NCBI GenBank assembly: GCA_041611735.1
Contig: JBFIML010000005.1
Location: 7,525 to 71,524 of the forward strand
Direction: 5' to 3'
DNA length: 64,000 bases
DNA from: Myxococcota bacterium
GTDB lineage: Bacteria; Myxococcota_A; UBA9160; PR03
Shown here: positions 7,699 to 15,376 of the stretch, in pieces
Layout: each line of letters begins with the position of its first letter
How positions within the stretch are numbered: the first letter of the stretch is position 1
Translations under genes and position numbers: made by a program
The notes under the pieces: generated by a model
The model's input: the letters and a program-made list of their open reading frames with translations, nothing else
The model's database searches: none
What the model was told of the DNA's origin: nothing

Positions 7699-8811
7699 AT
7701 GAATCCCGACTCGATCTGCCGGCAGTCTCTCCTCGCCCATGGCACCGCAATCGTTCTCCTCGGCGCGATACAGTTGCTTGGGGCGTCGCAGGCTTCCGCA
7801 CAAGAAGCCGACGCGTCGATGACCTACGAGTACTCGGAGCATCAGCCTGAGACGGCGGCCACCGAGTCCCAGGTTGCCACGCGGGGCGACGCGATCTTCT
7901 TCAAGTCCTCGACGGACCAACTGAGGGCCTATACCGGGGCTTTCCTGGGCAGAGCCGAAGGTGGCAACCAGTCGGGGCTCCTATTCGAGCATACCAATCC
8001 TCCCGGTCAGAATCAGAACGCGGTGATGACAGTCGTCGGAGACGGGGTCCAGATCGGCGCGTTCATCAAGGCTCCCTTCCACCCAAAGACGCGAACGAAG
8101 ACGGGCCAGCCGAAGCTCACGATCTTCAATTTCGAAGACGGGGCCGGATGTAGAGACACGGCCTGCAGGCGCAATACCCAGGCACTCTATCTGGAAAGCC
8201 AGGGTCCCTGGGCCACAGCCCACATGCAGAACAACAAGGGCAACGACGTCCTCTACGTCGCGAAGACCGCTGGCGCGGGCCGATACATCAACGCCAGGGA
8301 CGAATCGAAGAAGCGCGATGTCTTCACCGTGGCGGGCGACGGCACGACGAAGGTGCTCGTCCTGGAGGTGATGGGAGGCGCTGACCTCGCAGAAGACTTC
8401 GCCGTCGCCACGCAGGGAGTAGATTCCGCGGCGGATCCGAAACCGGGGATGGTCGTGTCGATCGATCCGTCGAACGAGGGCAACATCCAGCTGAGCGGCG
8501 AAGCCTACGATCGTCGCGTCGCTGGCGTGGTCAGCGGTGCGGGGGGGCTGGCGGCGGGTCTCCTGCTCGGAGTCCAAGAAGGCATGCGGGAGAACCAGCG
8601 CTCCGTCGCGCTGAGCGGTCGCGTGCACGTGCGTTGCAACGCGTCGAGCGGAGCCATCCGCCCGGGCGACTTGCTCACCACTTCCGATCAGCCGGGCCAT
8701 TGCATGAAGGTCACCGACCACGTACGCGCCCAGGGCGCCGTACTGGGCAAGGCCATGGGAACCCTCGAGGAGGGCAGCGGGCTCATCCTCGCGCTCGTTA
8801 CGTTGCAGTGA
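7699..8811 (+). CDS. Secreted hypothetical protein with a conserved-looking C-terminal module
   Basis: ATG is preceded by GGAGGA. The signal peptide ends ...LLGASQASAQE. The C-terminal ~140 aa read GGADLAEDF...PGMVVSIDP...YDRRVAGVVSGAGG...VALSGRVHVRCNASSGAIRPGDLLTTSDQPGHCMKV...GAVLGKAMG...GLILALVTLQ. Confidence 0.7.
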   Translation: MNPDSICRQSLLAHGTAIVLLGAIQLLGASQASAQEADASMTYEYSEHQPETAATESQVATRGDAIFFKSSTDQLRAYTGAFLGRAEGGNQSGLLFEHTNPPGQNQNAVMTVVGDGVQIGAFIKAPFHPKTRTKTGQPKLTIFNFEDGAGCRDTACRRNTQALYLESQGPWATAHMQNNKGNDVLYVAKTAGAGRYINARDESKKRDVFTVAGDGTTKVLVLEVMGGADLAEDFAVATQGVDSAADPKPGMVVSIDPSNEGNIQLSGEAYDRRVAGVVSGAGGLAAGLLLGVQEGMRENQRSVALSGRVHVRCNASSGAIRPGDLLTTSDQPGHCMKVTDHVRAQGAVLGKAMGTLEEGSGLILALVTLQ

Positions 8812-10175
8812 TGCGTGAGTGGATGCTTCCGGCGGCACTCGGCCGGCTCGCTTCCCGCTGTTCGCTGCTCTTCCTCGCCATCCTGTTGCCCTTGGAGGCC
8901 GCGGCGCAGGAGGCCTGGGCGGCAGGTCGCAGCCCCGTTCGAGCCGGCTACCAGGCTCCCTACCTCTACCTCGGCAACAGCGCGGCCGACGACGACCGCG
9001 GGGGGCACTACGACCTGCTTCAGGGCATCGCCAACGGCCCCCGTCACTGGTACTTCTCGCGATACGACGAGCACCAGGGCTATCTCTACCGGGTTTCGTA
9101 CAGTGAGCATCTGGGCCACAAGTTCAGCTTCGACAGGCTCGAACTGACGGCCGCCGTGGATCTCGGTCGGTACCCGGATTGCAATCCAGTTCGCGATTCT
9201 GGCGACTTCCGCGTTTCCTGCCTCCACCCTGGCGACATCGACTACCACGAGCAGGATGGTCGCGGATGGATCGTCGTTGCTCACGAGTGCGAGGTGTGGG
9301 AGAGCGGAAGGGGATCGTCGAAGATCCGGGATACGGCGTTGCTCGGCTTCTATCCCGACGACGCTTTCGGCACGCCCGCCGAGGCCATCGAGCCCCACGC
9401 CTTCGCGGTTCTGGACGGCTGGCAGCACAAGCTACCCGCTGTCGCGGTACGGAAGAACGGGGTGGTGGTTACCACGAACGGTGGCTCGAAGAGCCGAGAC
9501 CTGATGCTGGAGTACGAGATTCCGTGGCGGGCGGTCGCCGCAGGCGGCTGCCTGAACGGTGAAGTCACGAGGATGAACCCGGCCGGCCCCAAAGAGATCC
9601 GGCTCGTGCGTGAGGACGGTGCGAGTCCATTTCTTGCCGACGACTGGCGGCAGGGTTTCGACCTCAGCGACGACGAATCCCTGCTGTTTCTCCTCACGGG
9701 GAAGAGCTGCATGGTGCAGAGCTGCGACGCCGCCAGGCTCAACGTGTTCGAGGCGGCCGGCGGGACGTGGAAGTTTCTGAGGAGATCGAGTCATCACGAT
9801 CGACCCTTCTGGTTCAAGGTCGAGTGTTGTGGACAGGAGCCGGAGGGCGTCTCTTACTACGACCTCAGCAATGTCACCGACCTGCACCCGCAGATGAAAC
9901 GTGGACAGCTGCACGCCATCCTGTTGGGGAACAAATACGTCGGCGGAAAGCTGGCCGGCGCCAAAGACTCCGTCTGGATCAAGCATTTCACGAGCATCGT
10001 CGAGGTCGCGCGGGGCGAGACGCTTGCCGACGTGGTGAATCGAAAGTGGAAAAGAGAGGGCGTCTGGGACGGCTCCGTCCTCGCCCTGGAACGCGGCGTC
10101 TATTCTGGGCCGGTGACGCTCCGCAAGCGAGTTCGTGTCGTGACCCGGGACGGCCCAGCACTGATCGGCCGCTAG
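8811..10175 (+). CDS. Secreted hypothetical protein, paralog A (shares motifs with 10221-11462)
   Basis: ATG 8811 overlaps the upstream TGA (TGATG). The signal peptide ends ...LLPLEAAAQE. Motifs: HWYFS, YLYRVSYSEHL, QEPEGVSYYDL, KRGQLHAILL, VWIKHFTS. Confidence 0.7.
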   Translation: MREWMLPAALGRLASRCSLLFLAILLPLEAAAQEAWAAGRSPVRAGYQAPYLYLGNSAADDDRGGHYDLLQGIANGPRHWYFSRYDEHQGYLYRVSYSEHLGHKFSFDRLELTAAVDLGRYPDCNPVRDSGDFRVSCLHPGDIDYHEQDGRGWIVVAHECEVWESGRGSSKIRDTALLGFYPDDAFGTPAEAIEPHAFAVLDGWQHKLPAVAVRKNGVVVTTNGGSKSRDLMLEYEIPWRAVAAGGCLNGEVTRMNPAGPKEIRLVREDGASPFLADDWRQGFDLSDDESLLFLLTGKSCMVQSCDAARLNVFEAAGGTWKFLRRSSHHDRPFWFKVECCGQEPEGVSYYDLSNVTDLHPQMKRGQLHAILLGNKYVGGKLAGAKDSVWIKHFTSIVEVARGETLADVVNRKWKREGVWDGSVLALERGVYSGPVTLRKRVRVVTRDGPALIGR

Positions 10176-10220
10176 CGCTCGGGCGTTGGGTCATGGGACG
10201 CATCAAAGCAGGAGGGGTCC

Positions 10221-11462
10221 ATGCTCTTCGGCGTGAAGATGGCCGCGATTCTGTTCGCCGCAGCCGTGGCTTTCGAGGCGAGCGCGCAGTCCGCTAGGTT
10301 TCCCACGAATGAAGCCTTTACGAGGTACCTGGGCGACAACCCGAGGGGCTTCGAGACGGATTGGAGCGAGGGGTTCAACGGCGTTTCCCACGACGAGACG
10401 CACTGGTATCTCACGCAGAGGAGATACCTCTATCGAACGCCGCTTTCGGAGCCTCTCAATCGAGATCTGAAGAAGACTCACTATGCGCGTCTGAGGGAGA
10501 TTTCCGAGCTCGAGGGCTACGACCACTTCGGCGACATCTCTGTCTATCCCACCACGGGGGCTGCGAAGTACGTCCTCGTCCCGGTCGATGGGGCGCCCAA
10601 GCGGGAGGCCAGGCTGGCTCTGTTCAGTGCGGACGAGAGGCTGAGGTTCCTGGGATCGGCGGGCTTTCCCGGGCAGCTGCACGAGAACGGAGACGGGCAG
10701 GCGGGCTTCGTCGCGGTGGATCCCGACGGACGCGTTTACAGCATGCGAAACAACGGTCTCTGCGAAAAGTACGCCGCCTCGCCAGAGGATCCGGGACGTG
10801 GCTCGTGTCTGCGCGCCTATCGGCCAACTTGGAGTCGAGTGGGAAGGGAAACGTTCGAGCTACACGTCGATCCGGAGATCCCGCTGCTCGACGAAGTTGG
10901 GAAGCCGATCTTCCTGGAGAACCTGCAGGGGGGTGCCATCACGCCGAGCGGCCGCGTGATCTATCTCTTGAACGGGTTGACTTGCCGTACGTCCAATCGA
11001 GGCCTTCACGCATTCGACCTCGAGACCGGCCGCCGGCTCGCGAGTTCGCGCACGGTGGAGCAGTTCAAGTTCGATTACGATTGCGAGGGAGACCTCGGGA
11101 GCAGCACGGACGTAAGCTTGTTGTCCAATCAGGAGCCGGAGGGCATGACCGTCTGGGACCTCGATGTGCTGCCCAACCCGGGCGGGATGCGAGGCCAGTT
11201 GCACGTCATGCTGATGGAGAACGAACCCTTCGATCGCAACTCGGACAAGCTCTGGTTCAAGCACTACACGAATCGCATCTACGTGGACGCCAAGCGATCG
11301 GGCGGGGACGGCAGCTACGACTCGGCCTACGGAGACCTTTCCGAAGCCGCCGCTCGCGCCTGGGACGGTTCGACCGTCGTGATCCGGGGGCGCTACGACC
11401 GCCGCGCTCGCGTGAATCCGCGCCAGCCGATTCGGATCGAGTCCCAGCCGGGGTCACGCTAG
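10221..11462 (+). CDS. Secreted hypothetical protein, paralog B
   Basis: AGGAGG lies 6 nt upstream of the ATG. The signal peptide ends ...AVAFEASAQS. Motifs: HWYLT, YLYRTPLSEPL, QEPEGMTVWDL, MRGQLHVMLM, LWFKHYTN. The C-terminal DGSYDSAYGDLSEAAARAWDGSTVVIRGRY resembles the lead-in of right-handed beta-helix proteins. Confidence 0.75.
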   Translation: MLFGVKMAAILFAAAVAFEASAQSARFPTNEAFTRYLGDNPRGFETDWSEGFNGVSHDETHWYLTQRRYLYRTPLSEPLNRDLKKTHYARLREISELEGYDHFGDISVYPTTGAAKYVLVPVDGAPKREARLALFSADERLRFLGSAGFPGQLHENGDGQAGFVAVDPDGRVYSMRNNGLCEKYAASPEDPGRGSCLRAYRPTWSRVGRETFELHVDPEIPLLDEVGKPIFLENLQGGAITPSGRVIYLLNGLTCRTSNRGLHAFDLETGRRLASSRTVEQFKFDYDCEGDLGSSTDVSLLSNQEPEGMTVWDLDVLPNPGGMRGQLHVMLMENEPFDRNSDKLWFKHYTNRIYVDAKRSGGDGSYDSAYGDLSEAAARAWDGSTVVIRGRYDRRARVNPRQPIRIESQPGSR

Positions 11463-11697
11463 GCCTCACGTCCAGGATCGATGATCGTGATGCGCGCTGG
11501 GCCCCCCACAAACCAGAGCGGTCAACCGCCTACACAGATGATCCGCATTGCTTCGTGCGGGGCAACTTTTGAGTCGGCAGCATACACGACCTCAGCCCGG
11601 CTCAATACGATGAGTGTATCTGCTCGCTCGATGCGATTGCCGCGGCGGACGGCGTAGCCTGCCCCAACTAGTCTGGGCAAACTCACGACGCTCGCCC

Positions 11698-14600
11698 TCA
11701 TCCTGAAAGCTTTCGCCATCCTACACAAGATGTCGTGCAGCCGTACGGGAGCGGAGGCAAGCTGCCGCAGGTCGTGCCGGGTTTCGTCCCCGGCGCCTGC
11801 GGGCAGGGGTCGCATGCGTCGCCCATGCCATCTGCATCCGTGTCGATGGCCAGTGGGTCCTGCTGGCAGGTGTCCATCAGCACACCCCACACGGGGTTCG
11901 ACAGGGCGATCCGGTCACCGCAGTGGCCCAGTCTCAGCGAAGACTCCGGACAACTCCCATTCGCACCCTCGAAGACGAAGGCATCGTAGTTGTTGGACGC
12001 CGCTCGCGCTGCGGCGCGCACGTAGAATCGCTCGCTCCCCGGTTTGATGCCGAACTGTTCCGGGTCCAGCAGGAAGCTGCCGACGCCGTGATACATCGCC
12101 TGTGAGTTGGCGACGGGCAAGCGCAGTCCAGGCCAGGGCCCGGTCGGCCAGCCGGTTGTCGGCCGGCGGAAGTAGCCCGGCGCAAGATGCCCATCTGGCG
12201 CGAAGGTTTCGTTCCGGTTTCCGACGTACAGATCGACGCGTTGGATCGGGCCGAACTCCGGAGTGGACCACCACTCGACGAGCACTGGGATTTTTTCTCC
12301 CGGGTAGAGGTGAAAGGTGGTCCCCATCTGGAAGTCTGTATCATCGATGAGGCCGTTGCGGTTGCGATCGATCGCCACCCGCAGCGCTGGTCCGTCGGTC
12401 ACGCTGAAGTGCCCTCGCTCGAGCGCATCGATGATCTGCCGGTTCGTATAACGCTTGACACCGGGGAGCTGCGCCGAGGGTGCTCCCTGTGGCGGTCCGA
12501 CGAAGACGAGATTGCGTGGCTTGCCGATCGCCGTGTCCGTGACCGGGTTGTCCGTCCACTGCTCGAAGCGTCCCCGTATCTCCGCCACGCCCGCACCGAA
12601 GATTCCTCCCGATGCGGACGAGGGGTCGAGATCGGGGCGCCCGTGGCGGCGGTAGTTCAAGTCGCCGTGGCTGTCTGAGCCGCCTGCTGCGAACCACTTG
12701 CGTGGCTCGCCCGGTTGCAGCCAGGCAAGCCCCCGGGTCTGGTGGGGATCCAGTCCTTTGCGGAGGTAGACATCCCAGATGTAGGTGCCGTGGTACAGCT
12801 CCTCCCACAGGTGATTCGCCTTGCGCTCCACCGTCGGCCAGAACCAACCGGTGGGCCAGCGCTCGTACTCGCCGACGCGCGCCGGAAAACCGAACGGAAC
12901 ACGGTAGTTGAAGGTGTTGGTGTTGGCTCCTCCGACCGGTGCAGAGCCCCCGTGATGGTACGAGTTGCGAAGCAGGCGATCGTTCTCGTTCCACAGCTGG
13001 AGTCCGAGGATCCCGGGCGACGCCCAGGCCTGGTCCAGTGACACGCGTGAGTAGGGGACCATGTTCGGACCGGCACCGTTCGGCTTGCGCCCGCTGACCG
13101 GATGCGCGAGGAAGGCGCGGCCCTTGCCCGGGATCTCGCCAGCGAGGCTGCCGATTGTGCGCTGCCCGCCACCGAACTTCCCCGTCGCGGCGTCCAACCA
13201 GCCAGCCGCGTTGTTCGGCTGCGCGTCGAAGGGGAAGTAGACGAGATGCTGTCGGGACGAGTACCGGCCAGACCCTTCGACCTCGAAGCTTCCGATGACC
13301 GAGGAGAGGAACTCGACGGTGTCCTCGATGACGCCGCCGTACACGGGAACCTTTTCCTCGATCGGCGCGCCCTGCTCGTCCAGGACGAGAAAGCGCCAGT
13401 CGATGCCCAGTGTCGAGCCCCTCTTCGAGATCTTGAGCGGCTTGCTCACGCGGAATCGCTGTCGCAAAGGAGCATCGACGATGAAGACCTGGTGGGGCCG
13501 CGCCCGGTCGACGCACTCCTGTACAGGGATCCCGCCGCACCCCGAGAAGGCACCACCGTCGGCCTCCGGGTGCCAAGCCGAATAGAGTGACTTGCACGCA
13601 GTGCCCTTGTCGGCCCAGCATCCCTCGACGTCCGCCCATGGGTAGCTCGCGCCTGCCCCGAAGGCGATCGCGTTGGCGCGCTGCTCTTCGTACGACATCT
13701 CGGGCCACGAGTCGATCTCTACGCCCATGAACACCTGGGGAAGAAAGCCTGCCTTGGGCCGCGCAAGGCCGAACTCGACCGCCTCCTTCACGATCGCCTC
13801 GTTGGCTCCGTCACCCGCATAGAGCGACTGCTTCGCAGCCTGGAAGCGCCGGATGTTGAGATCCCTGGCCTCTATCCCCTTGCGCCCACCCGCCTCGACG
13901 GCTCCGTCGATCTGCACGCCGCCGGACCCGTGATCGGTGGCGAAGACGAAGTCGAGCCCGCTCGCACCGAGGGCACGTGCGACGTTGCGGTAGGTATACG
14001 CAGACTCGCCTTCGTTGTCGGTCATCTGGGAGTGGTAGTGAAGGTCCCCGTAGAGCCAGTGCTCCGAGAAGCGCGGGAGCGGAGCCTCGCCCGCATGCAC
14101 GACGAGCTGGTTGATCCAGCGCCGCTTTTCGCCTCCGTACTCGGTCTCGACGGTTATGCGGAGCTGGATGTCCCGGCCCGGTGCAACGGGTCCGCGTGGC
14201 TTGTACCACAGCGCTGCGTGCCACTCCGCCGTACCCGAGATGTCCAGCCTGCAGCGGCTCACATCCACATTCGGAGTGCAGCGGTGCATGGGCGGCTCTT
14301 CGTCGACCGTCGAGATCCAGTCCTTCCACTCGATTTCGCGCAGCTGGGTTGGCGCGAACTGGGAAACCCACTTCCCGCGCTGGAGATCGGACTCCTCCAC
14401 CTCGACGCGCACGAGCGAGCCCACATGTATGCGTTTCAGGAACACTGCCGCCTTGGTCGATCGGTGGTGATCAAAGATCGCGTCGTGGAAGGCGATCGTG
14501 ATCGGTATCCATCCGTATTCGAGCCCGCCTGTGCCGTGAACCGGCTCGATGCGCCACGGCGCGTCGATGGCGAACTCGAGCCCCACCTGTCCACCGATCG

Positions 14601-14772
14601 CGGAGGCGTCAGTGGCGACGAAGCCCAGGGCCAGGACAGCCACGCACACTGTTCCTGCCAGGCCCGCGGCCCGCTTCCGCGTGCGGCCCCGTGCCAGCGA
14701 TGGCTCGCCATTCGAGATTCTCACTGCCCGCCTACGGTCGTCGTAGCCTGAGATCCCCCGGGGATTGGTCAT
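11698..14772 (-). CDS. Large secreted PHP-domain metallohydrolase-like protein with C-terminal thrombospondin type-3 (Ca-binding) repeat
   Basis: 1024 aa from ATG 14772 (the track starts at TTG 14790). The signal/anchor is AGLAGTVCVAVLALGFVATDASA. PHP-type metal motifs are GDLHYHSQMTDNEG, FATDHGSGG and GGSDSHGD. The C-terminal DTDADGMGDACDPCP is a TSP3-like repeat. Confidence 0.7.
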   Translation of the reverse strand: MTNPRGISGYDDRRRAVRISNGEPSLARGRTRKRAAGLAGTVCVAVLALGFVATDASAIGGQVGLEFAIDAPWRIEPVHGTGGLEYGWIPITIAFHDAIFDHHRSTKAAVFLKRIHVGSLVRVEVEESDLQRGKWVSQFAPTQLREIEWKDWISTVDEEPPMHRCTPNVDVSRCRLDISGTAEWHAALWYKPRGPVAPGRDIQLRITVETEYGGEKRRWINQLVVHAGEAPLPRFSEHWLYGDLHYHSQMTDNEGESAYTYRNVARALGASGLDFVFATDHGSGGVQIDGAVEAGGRKGIEARDLNIRRFQAAKQSLYAGDGANEAIVKEAVEFGLARPKAGFLPQVFMGVEIDSWPEMSYEEQRANAIAFGAGASYPWADVEGCWADKGTACKSLYSAWHPEADGGAFSGCGGIPVQECVDRARPHQVFIVDAPLRQRFRVSKPLKISKRGSTLGIDWRFLVLDEQGAPIEEKVPVYGGVIEDTVEFLSSVIGSFEVEGSGRYSSRQHLVYFPFDAQPNNAAGWLDAATGKFGGGQRTIGSLAGEIPGKGRAFLAHPVSGRKPNGAGPNMVPYSRVSLDQAWASPGILGLQLWNENDRLLRNSYHHGGSAPVGGANTNTFNYRVPFGFPARVGEYERWPTGWFWPTVERKANHLWEELYHGTYIWDVYLRKGLDPHQTRGLAWLQPGEPRKWFAAGGSDSHGDLNYRRHGRPDLDPSSASGGIFGAGVAEIRGRFEQWTDNPVTDTAIGKPRNLVFVGPPQGAPSAQLPGVKRYTNRQIIDALERGHFSVTDGPALRVAIDRNRNGLIDDTDFQMGTTFHLYPGEKIPVLVEWWSTPEFGPIQRVDLYVGNRNETFAPDGHLAPGYFRRPTTGWPTGPWPGLRLPVANSQAMYHGVGSFLLDPEQFGIKPGSERFYVRAAARAASNNYDAFVFEGANGSCPESSLRLGHCGDRIALSNPVWGVLMDTCQQDPLAIDTDADGMGDACDPCPQAPGTKPGTTCGSLPPLPYGCTTSCVGWRKLSG

Positions 14773-14876
14773 AGCTGGAGGTTCCCTCAAAAGCCCGCTT
14801 GGATCTACTATCCGTCGCTGCTTATCGCGTGTATGTCGCCGATTTCGACGCCGGAGACGAGAGCGCCGAAGCCCCC

Positions 14877-15054
14877 CATGCCCTCCGACACACCCGGGCG
14901 AGCCTGCACATGGCCCACGGGACCCCGATCAAGTGGATCCAGGGGCAGGGTGGCTGGGCCTCCGCGAAGATGCTCCTGGACGTATACGGCCCCTTCCTCA
15001 GGGTCGAGAGGCGCGGGTTCGCCGATGTGCTCGCGCGGCCCGGCGACTCCGGGC
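14877..15054 (+). pseudogene. Tyrosine-recombinase (phage integrase) C-terminal remnant
   Basis: HALRHTRASLHMAHGTPIKWIQGQGGWASAKMLLDVYGPFL corresponds to the H-x-x-R...Y catalytic tail of integrases. There is no N-terminal or core domain upstream, and the ORF reads on through the tRNA fragment. Confidence 0.6.
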
Positions 15055-15140
15055 GTCTCTTTACGTCTCCGCCGGAGAAACGGGTGGCCAATGCCGAGCC
15101 CATCTTGCTGCGTAGGTCCCCGCGCCAGCGGGAGAATCGG

Positions 15141-15187
15141 TGGAGCCGACGGCCGGATTCGAACCGGCGACCTGCTGATTGCGAATC
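15141..15187 (-). repeat. tRNA-Thr 3'-half copy (att repeat; partner at 34210-34256)
   Basis: tggagccgacggccggattcgaaccggcgacctgct is identical to the 3' end of the intact tRNA at 34210. The next 11 nt have 2 mismatches, and similarity is lost after that. No D-arm or 5' acceptor strand is present. Confidence 0.85.
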
Positions 15188-15287
15188 TGAGCGTCGCCTC
15201 TACTCCCGCGGACGCCCCCTTTCTCCAACCTGCTAGAATCGCTCTCGAATCGGCGTTTTCCGTTGAGCCTCGAACTACGCCTGCTTA

Positions 15288-15336
15288 TGCTTCCGGAAGC
15301 CCCGATTTGCTTCCGGATGCTTCCGACCTGCTTCCG
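15288..15336 (+). repeat. Four phased TGCTTCCG octamers (candidate integrase/excisionase arm-type sites)
   Basis: Copies lie at 15288-15295, 15308-15315, 15318-15325 and 15329-15336 (spacings 20, 10 and 11 nt), between the att repeat and the integrase start. Two more copies lie at the other island end. Confidence 0.6.
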
Positions 15337-15376
15337 AAATCCGAGGTCAGAGCGTCGCGGGGCGGAGGCGCCCGGA

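Noticed and set aside
11522-11890. 122-aa minus-strand ORF in the A/T-richer spacer after the paralog genes.
   Set aside because: It overlaps the 3' end of the large PHP protein gene, no family was recognised, and its N-terminal part is Arg/Gly-rich. Only the last ~65 codons look protein-like, which is insufficient evidence.
14799-15236. The 145-aa ORF treated as an intact gene.
   Set aside because: Only a ~60-residue integrase tail is meaningful. The frame then reads straight through the tRNA fragment (…WSRRPDSNRRPA…), a classic tRNA-translation artefact. It is annotated as a remnant instead.
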